Source: Antedon mediterranea
Taxonomy: Eukaryota; Animalia; Echinodermata
DNA: 64,000 nt
NCBI RefSeq assembly: GCF_964355755.1
Contig: NC_092677.1
Location: 24,911,175-24,975,174, forward strand
Direction: 5' to 3'
Shown: piece after piece, positions 26,503 to 38,138 of the stretch
Numbering within the stretch: position 1 is the first letter of the stretch
Layout: every line of letters starts with the position of its first letter
The notes under the pieces: model-generated
The model's input: the letters and a program-made list of their open reading frames with translations, nothing else
Database searches by the model: none
What the model was told of the DNA's origin: nothing
Program-made: the position numbers and the translations under genes

Positions 26503-27338
26503 TTGTGTGTTTTTGTTTAGATACAAATTGACTGTAACATTTATCAGCTCTGCTACATTCTTTCTTACTATGAATAGATTTTTAAAAATCGGCTGAAAAA
26601 CATTTACAGTATATTTATAAAAAAAGTAATACTTTATATACTGCCCTCTGTATATTTCTGTATAGTTGTTTTTCTCACGATCATCAAACCATAGTATGTA
26701 AATTAGGCAATTTAGACACTAATTTAGCTGTACATTCAATCTTTTAAACAAAACCTCTGTGGGTTGAATTCAACCCATTCCCTGAAGCTACAATAAAAGT
26801 TTATAAGATTGAACTCCCAAAGATCCATTGAAAATTAACAATAAAACTATTTTTGTTTGCCTGTTAAAAATTTACACATGCAGAACTCGCTAGTTTTCAA
26901 TAATAACATTTTTTATTTATGATTAAACCTGGAGTAAACTTGTTATTTGTCAGTTTTTATTACACCTTGTATTCTGTTTTAATTGTTTTCAATTGCTTGC
27001 GATGGTTACGCTGTCTGATTTTGTTGTGTTCAGAATTCAAGACTTGTCTGTTTTCTTTGTGTTGTGATTTGTACTGGGAATTTGATATTCTCTTCATCAA
27101 TTATTTATTACTGCTTTGAATAGCTTTCCCATGAAATTTTTCGTGGCCCACCCACATTATGTTTATAGTTTCACCTCTCACCTAAAGAATAATATGGAAT
27201 TAAATTCATGAGAACAAAAAAACTGTTTGTTTGTTCCAATATTAAAGATATTTCTCATTGAAATTTAAACAGTATGTTTTGGCAATAATGCAATGAGCAT
27301 ACATACTTTTACAAAAATCTTAAATACAAAATTATTAA

Positions 27339-27549
27339 ATATGTATTGTCCCCAAAAAACATGAAAAATGAATATTAATAAAATCAGACTTTGAATTTGC
27401 TTAAAATCTTTTAAGAAAAATATATTTTTTTTTTTCGATCTAATGTTTGGTAAAAGTGAATAACAATTAGGCTTATGTAACATTAAATTGCATATTCAAC
27501 AAAAAATGTATATAAGTTAAAACATTTTTTTTTCAGGGGACAATATACT
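27339..27549 (-). mobile_element. Second, deleted copy of the Kolobok-like element
   Basis: TTAA|ATATGTATTGTCCCCAAAAAACATGAAAAATGAA...TTTTTCAGGGGACAATA; reverse-complement homologue of 19147-19491. Confidence 0.8.
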
Positions 27550-27743
27550 TGGGCTGGCTTCACTGTTGGCTACAAATAAGTGTTGTTGTTGTCAATGTTG
27601 TTACAAAGGTTTATATTTTATAACAAAAAATATAAATTTTTAACCCGGAGCGCTACCCCTTAAAAGTACTATATTTAGTTATTATATATTATATAGTAAT
27701 ACTGTGTTGATCATCCTCAAAACTTCAACATGAAAATAATTGA

Positions 27744-27854
27744 TGTGACAAAAAAATGTGATGCGCCCAAATATAGAACTGATGATGTCATATCACTACT
27801 ATATTTTGGCACATTACACTTTTGTCAAACTAGTTTGACAGTGTAGACAGAGCT
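27744..27854 (-). mobile_element. MITE family A (truncated)
   Basis: Family internal sequence in reverse, with TIR CTAGTTTGACAGTGTAGACAGAGCT. Confidence 0.8.
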
Positions 27855-28169
27855 CTCTATAGTTCCCAAAAAAGGTATTATAAGAACATTTGCAAAATGT
27901 CATTTATGAACAATTTTACCATCTGCAAATTGTTACAAATTGATTTGATGGCGATGATTAAAGATAAATAACGGAAATTGATATGAAACTGATGACAGAA
28001 ATTACAATAAAGTGTCATAATCCGAATGTTTTATTAATGTAATAAATGGCATTAAAATTGTATTATTTAGAAAATATCAAATCTCGTAAAATCCTGTACT
28101 TTATACAGTTTTAATTGCAGTTTCTATTCAGATGTTCACTCCTTCATACCTAGTAATACAGTAGCTAGA

Positions 28170-28511
28170 ATAGAACTCCTATTAAGGGGAAACAGCCCTG
28201 AAGGCCTAGCTTGATTTCTGAAGGCCTAGCTTGATTTGATTTGATTTATTCAATATCGGCTCATTACAATAACAACAGAATACATAAAAATACAAAGTGA
28301 AACAAAAGCCAGGATTGTCAAAAGCAAACCCAATCACTGTCAGATACAGCTGTTAAAGGATATATTTCCTTTTGTTTACGCAGGGATGTGTCCCCTTAAT
28401 AGGGGTGTCTAGTTTTATAGGGACTGGCTGGCTGTAGTTTTAAAGCTTATATTTCACAGGGATGTGTCCTCTTAATAGAGTTCTACTCTATCCTTAATAG
28501 AGTTCTACTCT
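28170..28511 (+). mobile_element. pogo/Tigger-like MITE family P, interrupted
   Basis: TAGAACTCCTATTAAGGGGA ... TCCCCTTAATAGGGG ... CTTAATAGAGTTCTACT (end duplicated), with unrelated (TTGAT)n-tailed sequence inside. Confidence 0.5.
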
Positions 28512-31500
28512 ATTATCTGTATCTCAAGTTGTGTGAGAGTCCTTAATTCTCATTTGGTCCAAAGTTCATCTGAAGTTCATCGGTCTTACATTTAAAGCAT
28601 AAATATATATTTTAATATTTTGTGAATAAAGTTTAATGTGTTTCCATGAAGCTTTACTATTTACTATCTATCCACAAAATGACAATAAAATGTTTGATTC
28701 TGAATAATTATTGGTTGGATGTACCACCTGATATTGAATTTGAGAGATTTATAGAATTCCAAATCAGTCAGTTTACACTTTAATTTTGCTGCGTATGGCG
28801 CCACATACATGAGAACCAAATCATTCACACGCAATTAGTATAAAAACAGAAATTTTTACTACTGTATTATAAATTTGAGGTTAAAAGGTTTCATTTGTTA
28901 ACCTTTTGACCTTGTCCAAGCTATTTATTTATGTGATTTGTATAGTAGTATATAAGGGTTTCTGCATTCATTTTGATGAGCTAAATTATCAATAAACTTG
29001 TATTACAAATTGCAAGTGATCAGTGCAGCAGTGAGCTGATCTGTGGACATAATATTGCTCAAACAAAAATTAGTAGTGAATAAAAGTATGGTGTACAGTA
29101 GGCCTATGTTATAATTACAGATGAATTATGAAATGAGTATACTGTAAGTATTTACTTGTAAGTATATAAATTAACTGCCACTGATAGATAGGCCGGTGGT
29201 ACCGTTTGGATCTAATAGCAACTGTCTGGAATGAATATATATGAATAATACATATTTAACATTATAAAAAAATATGAATCATCATATATAGTTATCATTA
29301 TTATAATTATATAAAATAGTTAGAGGGGATATCTAGCAGAAAGCTGAATCACCTCATGTAATTGAAAAACATTTAAATATAAATGGGCAGTATGAATATT
29401 AAATTTATAAAATTCAAAAGATGCAAGCTATTCTGACTTGTGTTTATAGAAAAAGTGTATATTTGTTACATACTGTAGCAGAATTGTCTACATATCGCCT
29501 AATCTAGCCTGTCCTCTCCTCTGCCTAATGTGTAGACCTTCTACAGGCTTTTACCCCTTGTTCATTAGCCCAGCATTTATCTTCTCATTGCCAGTTATAA
29601 ATCTAATATGTTAAAAAAATGTTAATGCTGTTAATTAACCATTGGACGTAGCCATTAAAACACTTTTCTTTAAATTAATCTATTTTTTTATGTTTCGTAA
29701 ATGTCATCCAAAAATCTTTTGCTTAAAAGTTAATATTTAAAGAAAACATATGTGTACCTTTTTCTTCATTATATTTTCAGTTCAAAAGATACCTCAGGTG
29801 ATAAAAGAACTTCGCTAGTCAATATATTGATTTGAAAAACATTAGAGAGAAGGAAATAAAATGAAAATATCTCTAAGATACGTCACACTTCGGAGTGCAG
29901 ACAGCCTGCGGTAATTTACTCTTTAAATAGATATTAAAATCAATGTCAATGTGTATACAAAAAGAGATGATTCATACTGAGTGGATGGTGCCCGACTTCA
30001 TATGTTAGGATCATAAGTCCAAATCCTGCAAGTTTTAATTTTAGTAATAATTTTTGGAATTTACTATTGAAAACAATTATGAAGAATCAAGGAGGAATTA
30101 TCTATAGTAATTCTTTGCAGAATATACAGTTTGTAGACACATTATGGTAGAGTTGATGGTACCTGGCCTAAAAATTGCGTGTCCTGGTTCAAACCCCACA
30201 GCAGTCAATTTAATTTTAAACCATTCCGTCTTACAGTACTATTTACTACTGTGAATGAGATGTGTAAAGTTTAAATCTATCCTTTGGCTTTGCATTGATA
30301 TGAGGTTTTTTTTCTATCTTATAGATTTCTACTGCTGAATGTGTTGAAAGAAAATGAAATCCAGATTTAAAAATCAATGCGTATGTTTTTTTTAGTTGAG
30401 AACAAAGCATAGATTTATGAATCATCACATATAAATGTATTTAGTTTCTAGTACAGGTTATTTTAAAAGTAAATGATCAGTCAGTGAATGATATACCAAC
30501 ACGATCAGCCATTTATGTAGAAAAAAAGACATCAGTTACATAGTAGCAAGGACCTAGTATACAAATTTACTACTGATTTAAAATGAACACAAAAAAAACT
30601 CAAAAAGGTGCTATTCATTGCTACAGAAGTATTCTTTTGCAATGTTTGTTCCAGCTCAAGTATATTGTAGGTATGACACGCCATGTGTACCAAAATGTTA
30701 TTTTTTCCTCTGAATATATTAAAGCTGAATTGCTGTCAATAATTCTAATTAAAATCTCGAAGGTTACAAAGCGAAACAAGTTTCATCTAGAAAGTAGCTT
30801 CTAAAAATAGTACCATTATTTTAAACACTCGTTTACGAATTCACATGAATTGAAAAAGTGTTCGAATTGGCGTTTGTAATCGTGCAGTTTTAAATTGCGG
30901 TTTCGATCTTTAACTAAAACGTCCATCACTCTAATTCTAACTAAGAGCTGACGTCATATCATGTGTGTTATAGATAGTATATGGTTCAATACTTGATGTA
31001 TTTCTATAGTAGGATAGTCAGTGCCATTAGTAGAGTCTTAATTATTCTTTCTAAATCTGGGTCTGTCGACAGATCAGCAATCAATTCTCATGTTTTGTTT
31101 TAAGTGTCAAATTTCTTTCAAACGTATTCAGATATATTGATATTTTTCAGAAGACGAAGAATTAAAAGAAACACATACTCCTTCACAGGGAAAATTTTCA
31201 TTAAAAAATTTTGTTTAGCAATATTGCTAATCAAACTGATTTTTAAGTCCAGAAACATAGTTTTGTATTGTATTTTTTGCTACACAATTTTCAAAATGTG
31301 TAGCAATAAGGTTGTTTTGTATAGCTTTTTGCTACGCTACACTGGCGAAAATGTTCCCTGCTTCAGGTCGACACATTACACACATCGGTGAATGATTCGA
31401 GTTTCTATATGTTCTCAAACAAAGTCTTGAATTTCTTATTAACTTTCTTCTTTACGTTTATAAGATTACATTTTAATGGCAAACACAAAACAATATGGTA

Positions 31501-31589
31501 TGAATGTCATTAAAGAAGTATAAAATATTGAGTCCAAATTTACACAGTAAAATTGCTTAAAATATTTATGTATTATATAAAATGTGTAG

Positions 31590-31935
31590 CCTTTGTTAAA
31601 ATATTTTTAATGAAATTCAGTCTTGAATTTCTTTAGTAATCTCTCAATTTCTTACTAATCTATATATTAATTCTGTAATTTTTAATATTCAAATTCCAAT
31701 ATAATAAGATCATTTATCAAAAACTAATATTATTATATACACTTTGTTAAAATATTGTAAATTAAATTCAGTCTTGTATTAAATAATTTCTTTTAGTAAT
31801 CTCTCAATGTTTTACTAATCTATATATTAGTTTTGTAACTTTAACTTTTTAGTATTCAAATTCCAATTATATATTAAGATCATATTATATATATTAATAT
31901 TATATAAGATCATTTATCAAAAACTAATATTATTT
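31590..31935. repeat. Degenerate AT-rich tandem duplication (~150-190 bp)
   Basis: CTTTGTTAAAATATT...AATTCAGTCTTG...TTTAGTAATCTCTCAAT...TATTCAAATTCCAAT...TAAGATCATTTATCAAAAACTAATATTATT occurs twice. Confidence 0.8.
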
Positions 31936-33824
31936 TATATTTTCACAGCTTACATTACTGTATGTGCTTAAATTTCTACTTTAATTTCAGTTTTTAGTTT
32001 CATTGGGTGAATTTCTAGTTATGTTATTACTTTATGACTCTCCTAACCTTTTTTTGAATTTTGTCTTCTTTCAAGGTCATGATAGTTGACATTTTAATAG
32101 CGAATAAATCATTTTAAATACCTGACATTGCAATGCATTTTAATTCATTTCTCATTTAAGCAAATTATTCATACAATCATTGGATTTTGGTTGTCATATG
32201 TGTGAAATGAACGCAGTGTTTTTAACAGCTGGATCAACATCCTGTATCCTCTTATGAATTTTTATGATAGGCCTAACATTTATCATTTTTAATGATTTAC
32301 TGATAATATCAAGGAATATCAAAGGCTAGGAAAGAAATTTAATAACTAGTAAGAAAAATGATAAGAAAGTGTTTTGAATCACTGAAACGAAATATACAGT
32401 TGACTAAACTTGAAAATTTGAAGAAAAAAACTTAAGAAAATTGAAGCTGTTTCATCTCTGTAAGTTCAGTAATTTCCGATAAATTTGATTATGCTTGTAT
32501 CAAGTTCATATGTCTTTAAAAATATTACATAAGATATTAAACTCTGCTATCTTTCTATGAAGAAGATAACTTTTACTCAGATAGCTTTTCCTATCAAGGC
32601 TCATCTTTACTCTCAAATCATATCAGATCAATATATATATTTCTAAATTGTATAAAGGAATACTTAAATATAGAAAATAAGTAGCTTCTGTGTTTGATAG
32701 ACAATAAGAAGAAAAATTGATGCAAATGCGTAAATATTGATAAACCATAAGAAAACATCAGTTTGGCTACTGCCTGGAGTTGTATTCAATCGCAGTTCAT
32801 ATACTGACATACATTATTCCTTCTAAACAAACATGTACATATTATTACAATAGACAATTGTGCCTTCGCATCTATGTCATTTTCATTGTCGCTTGTAAAC
32901 TTTATGAGCAATTAATAAATGTTTATTATGAATATAGAACATTGAATTATTATACAAATTTATCTAAAGTAATGATGATTTATTGCGGTGCAGTGAATGG
33001 TGATTTTTTCTCTGTTGCTTATAGTTACAAGAACTTGATGGTTGTAGGACTTTGGGAATAGTAAGGAAGAATACTAATAAAACCAAATGAGCTGTTTGGT
33101 GATATACTTGTAAACTTAAGAAAGAAACCAGTTTGTCTCAGTTCAGAAGGATGTCTCTTTTCACTATATAAAGTTCAAAGTAAACATATTTTTCCTCATT
33201 TTGGTTGTTTCCATATTTTTATTTCTTGAATAAAAGTGTACTTAAGGTCTTAATAACAAAAAACTGTGAAAGTTTGAATTCCCTATTTGAAACACAGACT
33301 ACAACATGGTTCGGTATATCTGCATGCATGTGTCCCACTTCTCAAACAATGTTCATAAGTTCTAAAATAAATATGCTATACGATAATTTTACAATCGCAT
33401 CTAATCTTAAAAATGGTTGAAAAAGATCAATTTGAATTCAAAGATTAGTAACTAATGATGTGAATAAGCGTACGCTCATATTTTCCAAGATAATTAAACC
33501 TTATTTTTGTTGCTTTTATATAATTGACGCTGAAACTTGATTTGCGTTCCTAATGTAAAAACAAATCGACATCTGTCCAGGAATTTTATCAGAATTCAAA
33601 AGACAGTGAAGTTATGTTCGATGTGACAGTTTTGAAAAAAGTTGAAACAAATTGACCGATATTTTTTGCCAGGATCACAAGCAAAATATAATAACGCTTT
33701 TAAACAGAGATACGAATCAACAAATTTTCTTCAGTTTCTAGTTATATCTATGGGAGGTTTAAGGGTACATAAAGATATTTCTAATCTCACCACTATCAAT
33801 GATTTCCAATCTCATATATTTCAC

Positions 33825-36800
33825 CTTTATAGCGAAGGTAAGCCATCATGTGTAAATTGTCTCAATAACTCTGACAACATTGTAAAATTTATCCCATTTG
33901 TTAAATCTGTGGAAGTCCCTTACTCAACATCACTTTAAAGATTTTCTCCTTCTGTAGGAAATCATTAATAAATTTTGATAGCACGTTCTATATTTAGAAC
34001 CAAAGTGTAAGACCATGCTGGCAAACTATCAAAATGTATTCTTTAAAATTGACTGTATTCTGCGTTTCGACCTCTGAGTGCTCTAAGTTTAAGATACAAT
34101 GGTAAATTGCTCATTTATCTAAATGTACAATGACAATAAAAACATGTAGCACTTTATGTGCTTTCAACACTGTTTTTTTTATTTCAATCTCTGCATGTAT
34201 GTACTTTGCTAAAACTTCAAACATATTTGCTAATTGGCCTTTGCACTTTTGTTGAATTTCCATTGTACAATATAGTTCTTAAGCTCTGTCTACACTATCA
34301 AACTCTATGTGGCAAAAAAATGTGATGTGCCCACATATGAACATGATGGTCTCATATCACTACCATATTTGGGCATATCACTACCATATTTGGGCATATC
34401 ACTACCATATTTGGGCATATCACTACCATATTTGGGCATATCACTACCATATTTGGTATTTTTATATTCCAGATTTAAAATTATCTGATATATTGTAACT
34501 AAATTTTCCTGTTATCTTTTCATTTCATTTACTTGTTCGACAACTTGTCTGGGGCTTCGAAAAGGTCAATGAAGCTCTATAGCTTGCAAGCCAGAAATCC
34601 CAGCAGACAACAAGTTTAATAGAACGTGAACTAGATTAGAAACTTTGATTCAGTAATATTAAAGTCATTGTTAAGCTTGAAAAAAAAATTGAAAATAATT
34701 AGAACTAGGCTATGATGATTACCCCACAATCATCTTAGAATTCCCTATGGAAAAACTTTCTAGACATCAGGAAATTGAAACATTAGAATGTTATTATGGC
34801 TCTTTAAAGTTCTATATTGTGTTATTATGTACGTACCATCTGAAATGTTTCATTACTGTAGGAATTATTGTTATTTTTAGCTTAGCGTAGGTTGGGATAC
34901 TGTACATAACATAATTTGAAATCAATTATTAAAAATTGCTTTGAATATAGGAACTGATTAATCTTTTTAAATGCCAAATAAAAAACAGAGAGAAAATGCA
35001 AGAAAGGACCAAACATACTGAAAGCTTATGCTAGTTGATCAACCCAAAACAGACACACAAAAATTTACAACAAATTGACCACATAATGCTATAAGGGTAA
35101 AATTAATCAGTTTTAAATGTTCTGTCTGAGTGCTAGGGTGGCATGATAGGCTAAATATAACGTCTACCTAATTATAATGTAATGAATAAAATGGAAACAA
35201 ATAGTATATTGTTAATATTTACTTACCGTACTACATAGTAAGATCTGCTTATGATTTTCATGCTTTCAATGTTGAATTACTTCATGTACTCCCCAACTTG
35301 GTGTAAAACATAGGCCTATGTGAAAGTAATTATATATAAAAGAGTAAAAATTGGTTTCTTTAAAATGATCAACCATGTGCCAGTGGTATAATGTCCAAGC
35401 AGGTAAAACTGACTACAGTTCTTATCTGAATGGTGATTTGCAGAATGAACAGTTATTTTTTAATTTACACAACAGGCTTAAATTGTTCCACAATCACAAG
35501 TTGTGTATACTGATCCCTGATTAATGATATAATAGCACAACAGAACATTGTTGTTATAGCAAAGATTGATGGATTTAAAAATGTGCTGTAAATTAATAAA
35601 TTCAATGTTTAGTATGTCTAGTGAATTGTGAAGCTATAGCCTTGTTTTAAGGTGTTTCATTCCGAATTGATGATTTTACCTATAGGCTTGGAAGGATATG
35701 AACTACTAAGTATTCGTAATGCCTAACTACCGGTTACAAAAGAGCATTGATGAATTATGCAAACGAATGATACGTATCCTAAAGGTGCGAGTCTTTAGAG
35801 GGAGAAGAACATCGATGAATATCGTAAAAATGAAAGGTTAGCTGGGAGCTAATTCAATAGCATGGATACAGTCTCATTTCCTGTGCGATGCATCAGAGAT
35901 AGATTGTTGTGTACCCCCTGAGGTTGTGTAGAATCTAAACCGGAGTGTATTTGTATCGATAGAAAACAATCTTTTACCTTGCGTATTCTGACATTGATCT
36001 TAAAATGAATATTCATTTACAGAAGAATGACAAAGTTTAACAAAGAAGTTTAAACAAGAAACATTTCTTACAAAAAACGCTGCTGGACATTTTAAAATTA
36101 ATCATTGTTCTTTCTTCAGATATATATATAATTAATTATTAAAAAGATGTCCTTTAATCGCAAAAATACATACAAATCAAAGATAGTTCTTTAATTATGA
36201 ATCACATGGCCATTTAAAAACATTTGAACTTTAATGTGCTGTGTGTGTGACCTAAACTTGTAGGCATGCAACTGAATACCCTCTAGAGACAACGTTACTT
36301 CACGGCGGTACAAGTGAGAAATTCTTCCACAATCTGTTAATTTGCGTCAACCAATCAAAGGGCGAGAATCCAAAATCGTTCAACCGTGATCCCTCATAGA
36401 CTCTCTTTTCCCAGACGTTTTTTGGGTCCAGCAGCTGGGATCTATAAATTATAGTCGAGTTTACAAAGTCGCAAAATTGTCAGCCTTAGATACTATAACT
36501 GCTGCTTGCTTTACCTTCTGAATGAGTAGTCTTTCATGGGACGTAGCTGGCTAGAGCAGCAGCATGAAAAACACTTAAGTCAACCTTAGACACCACTTGA
36601 TCTTGTAAATTTGTCATCCAGACATGCATTGTTGGTAGAGGGGCTTCTAAATTTTAAAGGGTCTGGTGAAACAAGACTATACCAAGTTTCAAAATCCTAT
36701 TCCAAATTTTTTTCTTACAAATATTGAAGTACATTATCAAAGTGTAAATCTGTGGAACATATGTCAATACCACATTTGTTCTTCTTCCCATGTAACTAAT

Positions 36801-37284
36801 AAAGTTTAAGCTTTGTTAAACATGGACATACTTCACACAATTCTCATACTCTTGTTTCTTTTTTCCAAAATGGAAACTACATAACTGACTCTTTATGTTT
36901 ACTGCTCTGCTGGTCGCATGGCATGGCAGTTGTAGTTTTAACTTCTAGAGCTATAGAACTGAGAAGGGTGTAAACGGGCTGTGTTAGGAAATTCTTACAC
37001 ATTGTTGAAACCTTATTCTTAAGCTAAAATATCGTTTTAATTTGATCATGTACTTTTATATTTTATGTTGTTATTTGATACTCACCAATCGTATTTCCGG
37101 ATGCAATTCTGTACGCCATTGGTAATAATAATACTTAGCCGGTAATCCAAAGAAATCCATTGCCTCTCGCTCCTGATAATCGGTGTGCTGCATTAATAAA
37201 TCGTTCAATAAATCTGACTTAGACTAATTCTTCCACGGTATGTGCCAAGTTTAGCAAAGTGTATTCCACTAAATCCATATAATC
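33825..37284 (-). pseudogene. Unidentified multi-exon locus (decayed gene or spliced ncRNA/sORF); candidate exons 37284-37086, 36550-36515, 35315-35227, 34630-34533, 33951-33825
   Basis: Five co-oriented segments each have a YAG acceptor and GT donor (gtgagt, gtaaag, gtaagt, gtaaat, gtgaaa). Translations are protein-like but broken by stops and frameshifts. No family recognised. Confidence 0.5.
34282..34457 (-). mobile_element. MITE family A with expanded 21-bp internal tandem (~5 copies)
   Basis: One TIR at 34282, then (CATATCACTACCATATTTGGG)x~5 at 34353-34456; the other end is lost. Confidence 0.88.
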
Positions 37285-37387
37285 CTACAGTTTCTACAAA
37301 GCAAATGAATTGTAAGCAGCAACGGTTAATTTAATCAATTTGGTATGTAAAGGGTGGAAATATATTGGATTTAAATTTGCTATGAAT

Positions 37388-37452
37388 GTCCTTGTGGTCT
37401 AATGGTAAAGTATCTGCATTATGAGTAGAAGATCAGAGTTCGAATCTCATTA
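37388..37452 (+). mobile_element. tRNA-like SINE head fragment
   Basis: A box TGGTCTAATGG and B box AGTTCGAATCT with tRNA spacing, but no convincing cloverleaf. Confidence 0.5.
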
Positions 37453-37508
37453 TGGAGTTTAGAGATTCTCTTCTTTCTAATAAATAATAACTCTTATTAA
37501 ATATATAA

Positions 37509-37654
37509 AGCTCTGTCTAAACCATCTAACTAGTTTGACAAAAAGTGTGATGTGCCCAAATATGGTAGTGATATGCCCAAACATGGTACTGATTTGACAC
37601 TATCATGTCCATATATGGGCACATCACATAATGTTTGATATTGTAGAAAAGGCT
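37509..37654 (+). mobile_element. MITE family A
   Basis: TAA|AGCTCTGTCTAAACCATC... internal subunits ... degenerate right TIR GTTTGATATTGTAGAAAAGGCT. Confidence 0.85.
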
Positions 37655-37657
37655 TAA

Positions 37658-38138
37658 TGTAATAAAGTATATAGATAGATGCACCTGTATGTAATAAATT
37701 ACCATTCCCTAACATATAGAGTAACATAGTATTTACATGAACATTCTAGAATAAGATGGTTTGATTTAAGAAACCATGTATAATTAATAAGAACAATCAG
37801 AAACATTCCAGAAGTGCTATTAATAGAAACTGTAATCATGTAATAATGAGAAGTATAAAGAATGATCTAGAAGGATAGGAGCTTCTTGTATATAAAGGGA
37901 TGTAAACTATTGTAAGGTTGTTGGATTAGAGGTTGGATATTATATTGTAAAGTTATTGTGAAGCTGTTGTTTAAAGTGCTTACTGGATTGTTAAAAGTTG
38001 AAGTTGATTGAAATTAAAGCTTTGTTTTTGAGTTATTTTACAACTTTGTGGATTTTGTGTGTATACTTTTATGTCACAAGGGAGTTCCTAAAGTATTTTT
38101 CAACCGCTCGGAAACATACGTGAGAGGAGTTTGTGACA
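37658..38138 (+). mobile_element. Probable solo LTR (481 bp)
   Basis: TGTAATAAA...TTTGTGACA imperfect inverted TG..CA ends; TATATAAAGG ~37889; ATTAAA ~38013; flanks CTTAA/CTTTA (4/5 TSD). Confidence 0.65.

Noticed and set aside
30140-30205. tRNA-like sequences here and at 37388, 60808 and 25575
   Set aside because: Only A/B-box remnants without a full cloverleaf, so treated as SINE heads rather than tRNA genes.
35978-35998. 21-nt minus-strand micro-exon (INVRIRK) within the relic chain
   Set aside because: The AAG acceptor is weak and the segment is too short to distinguish from chance.
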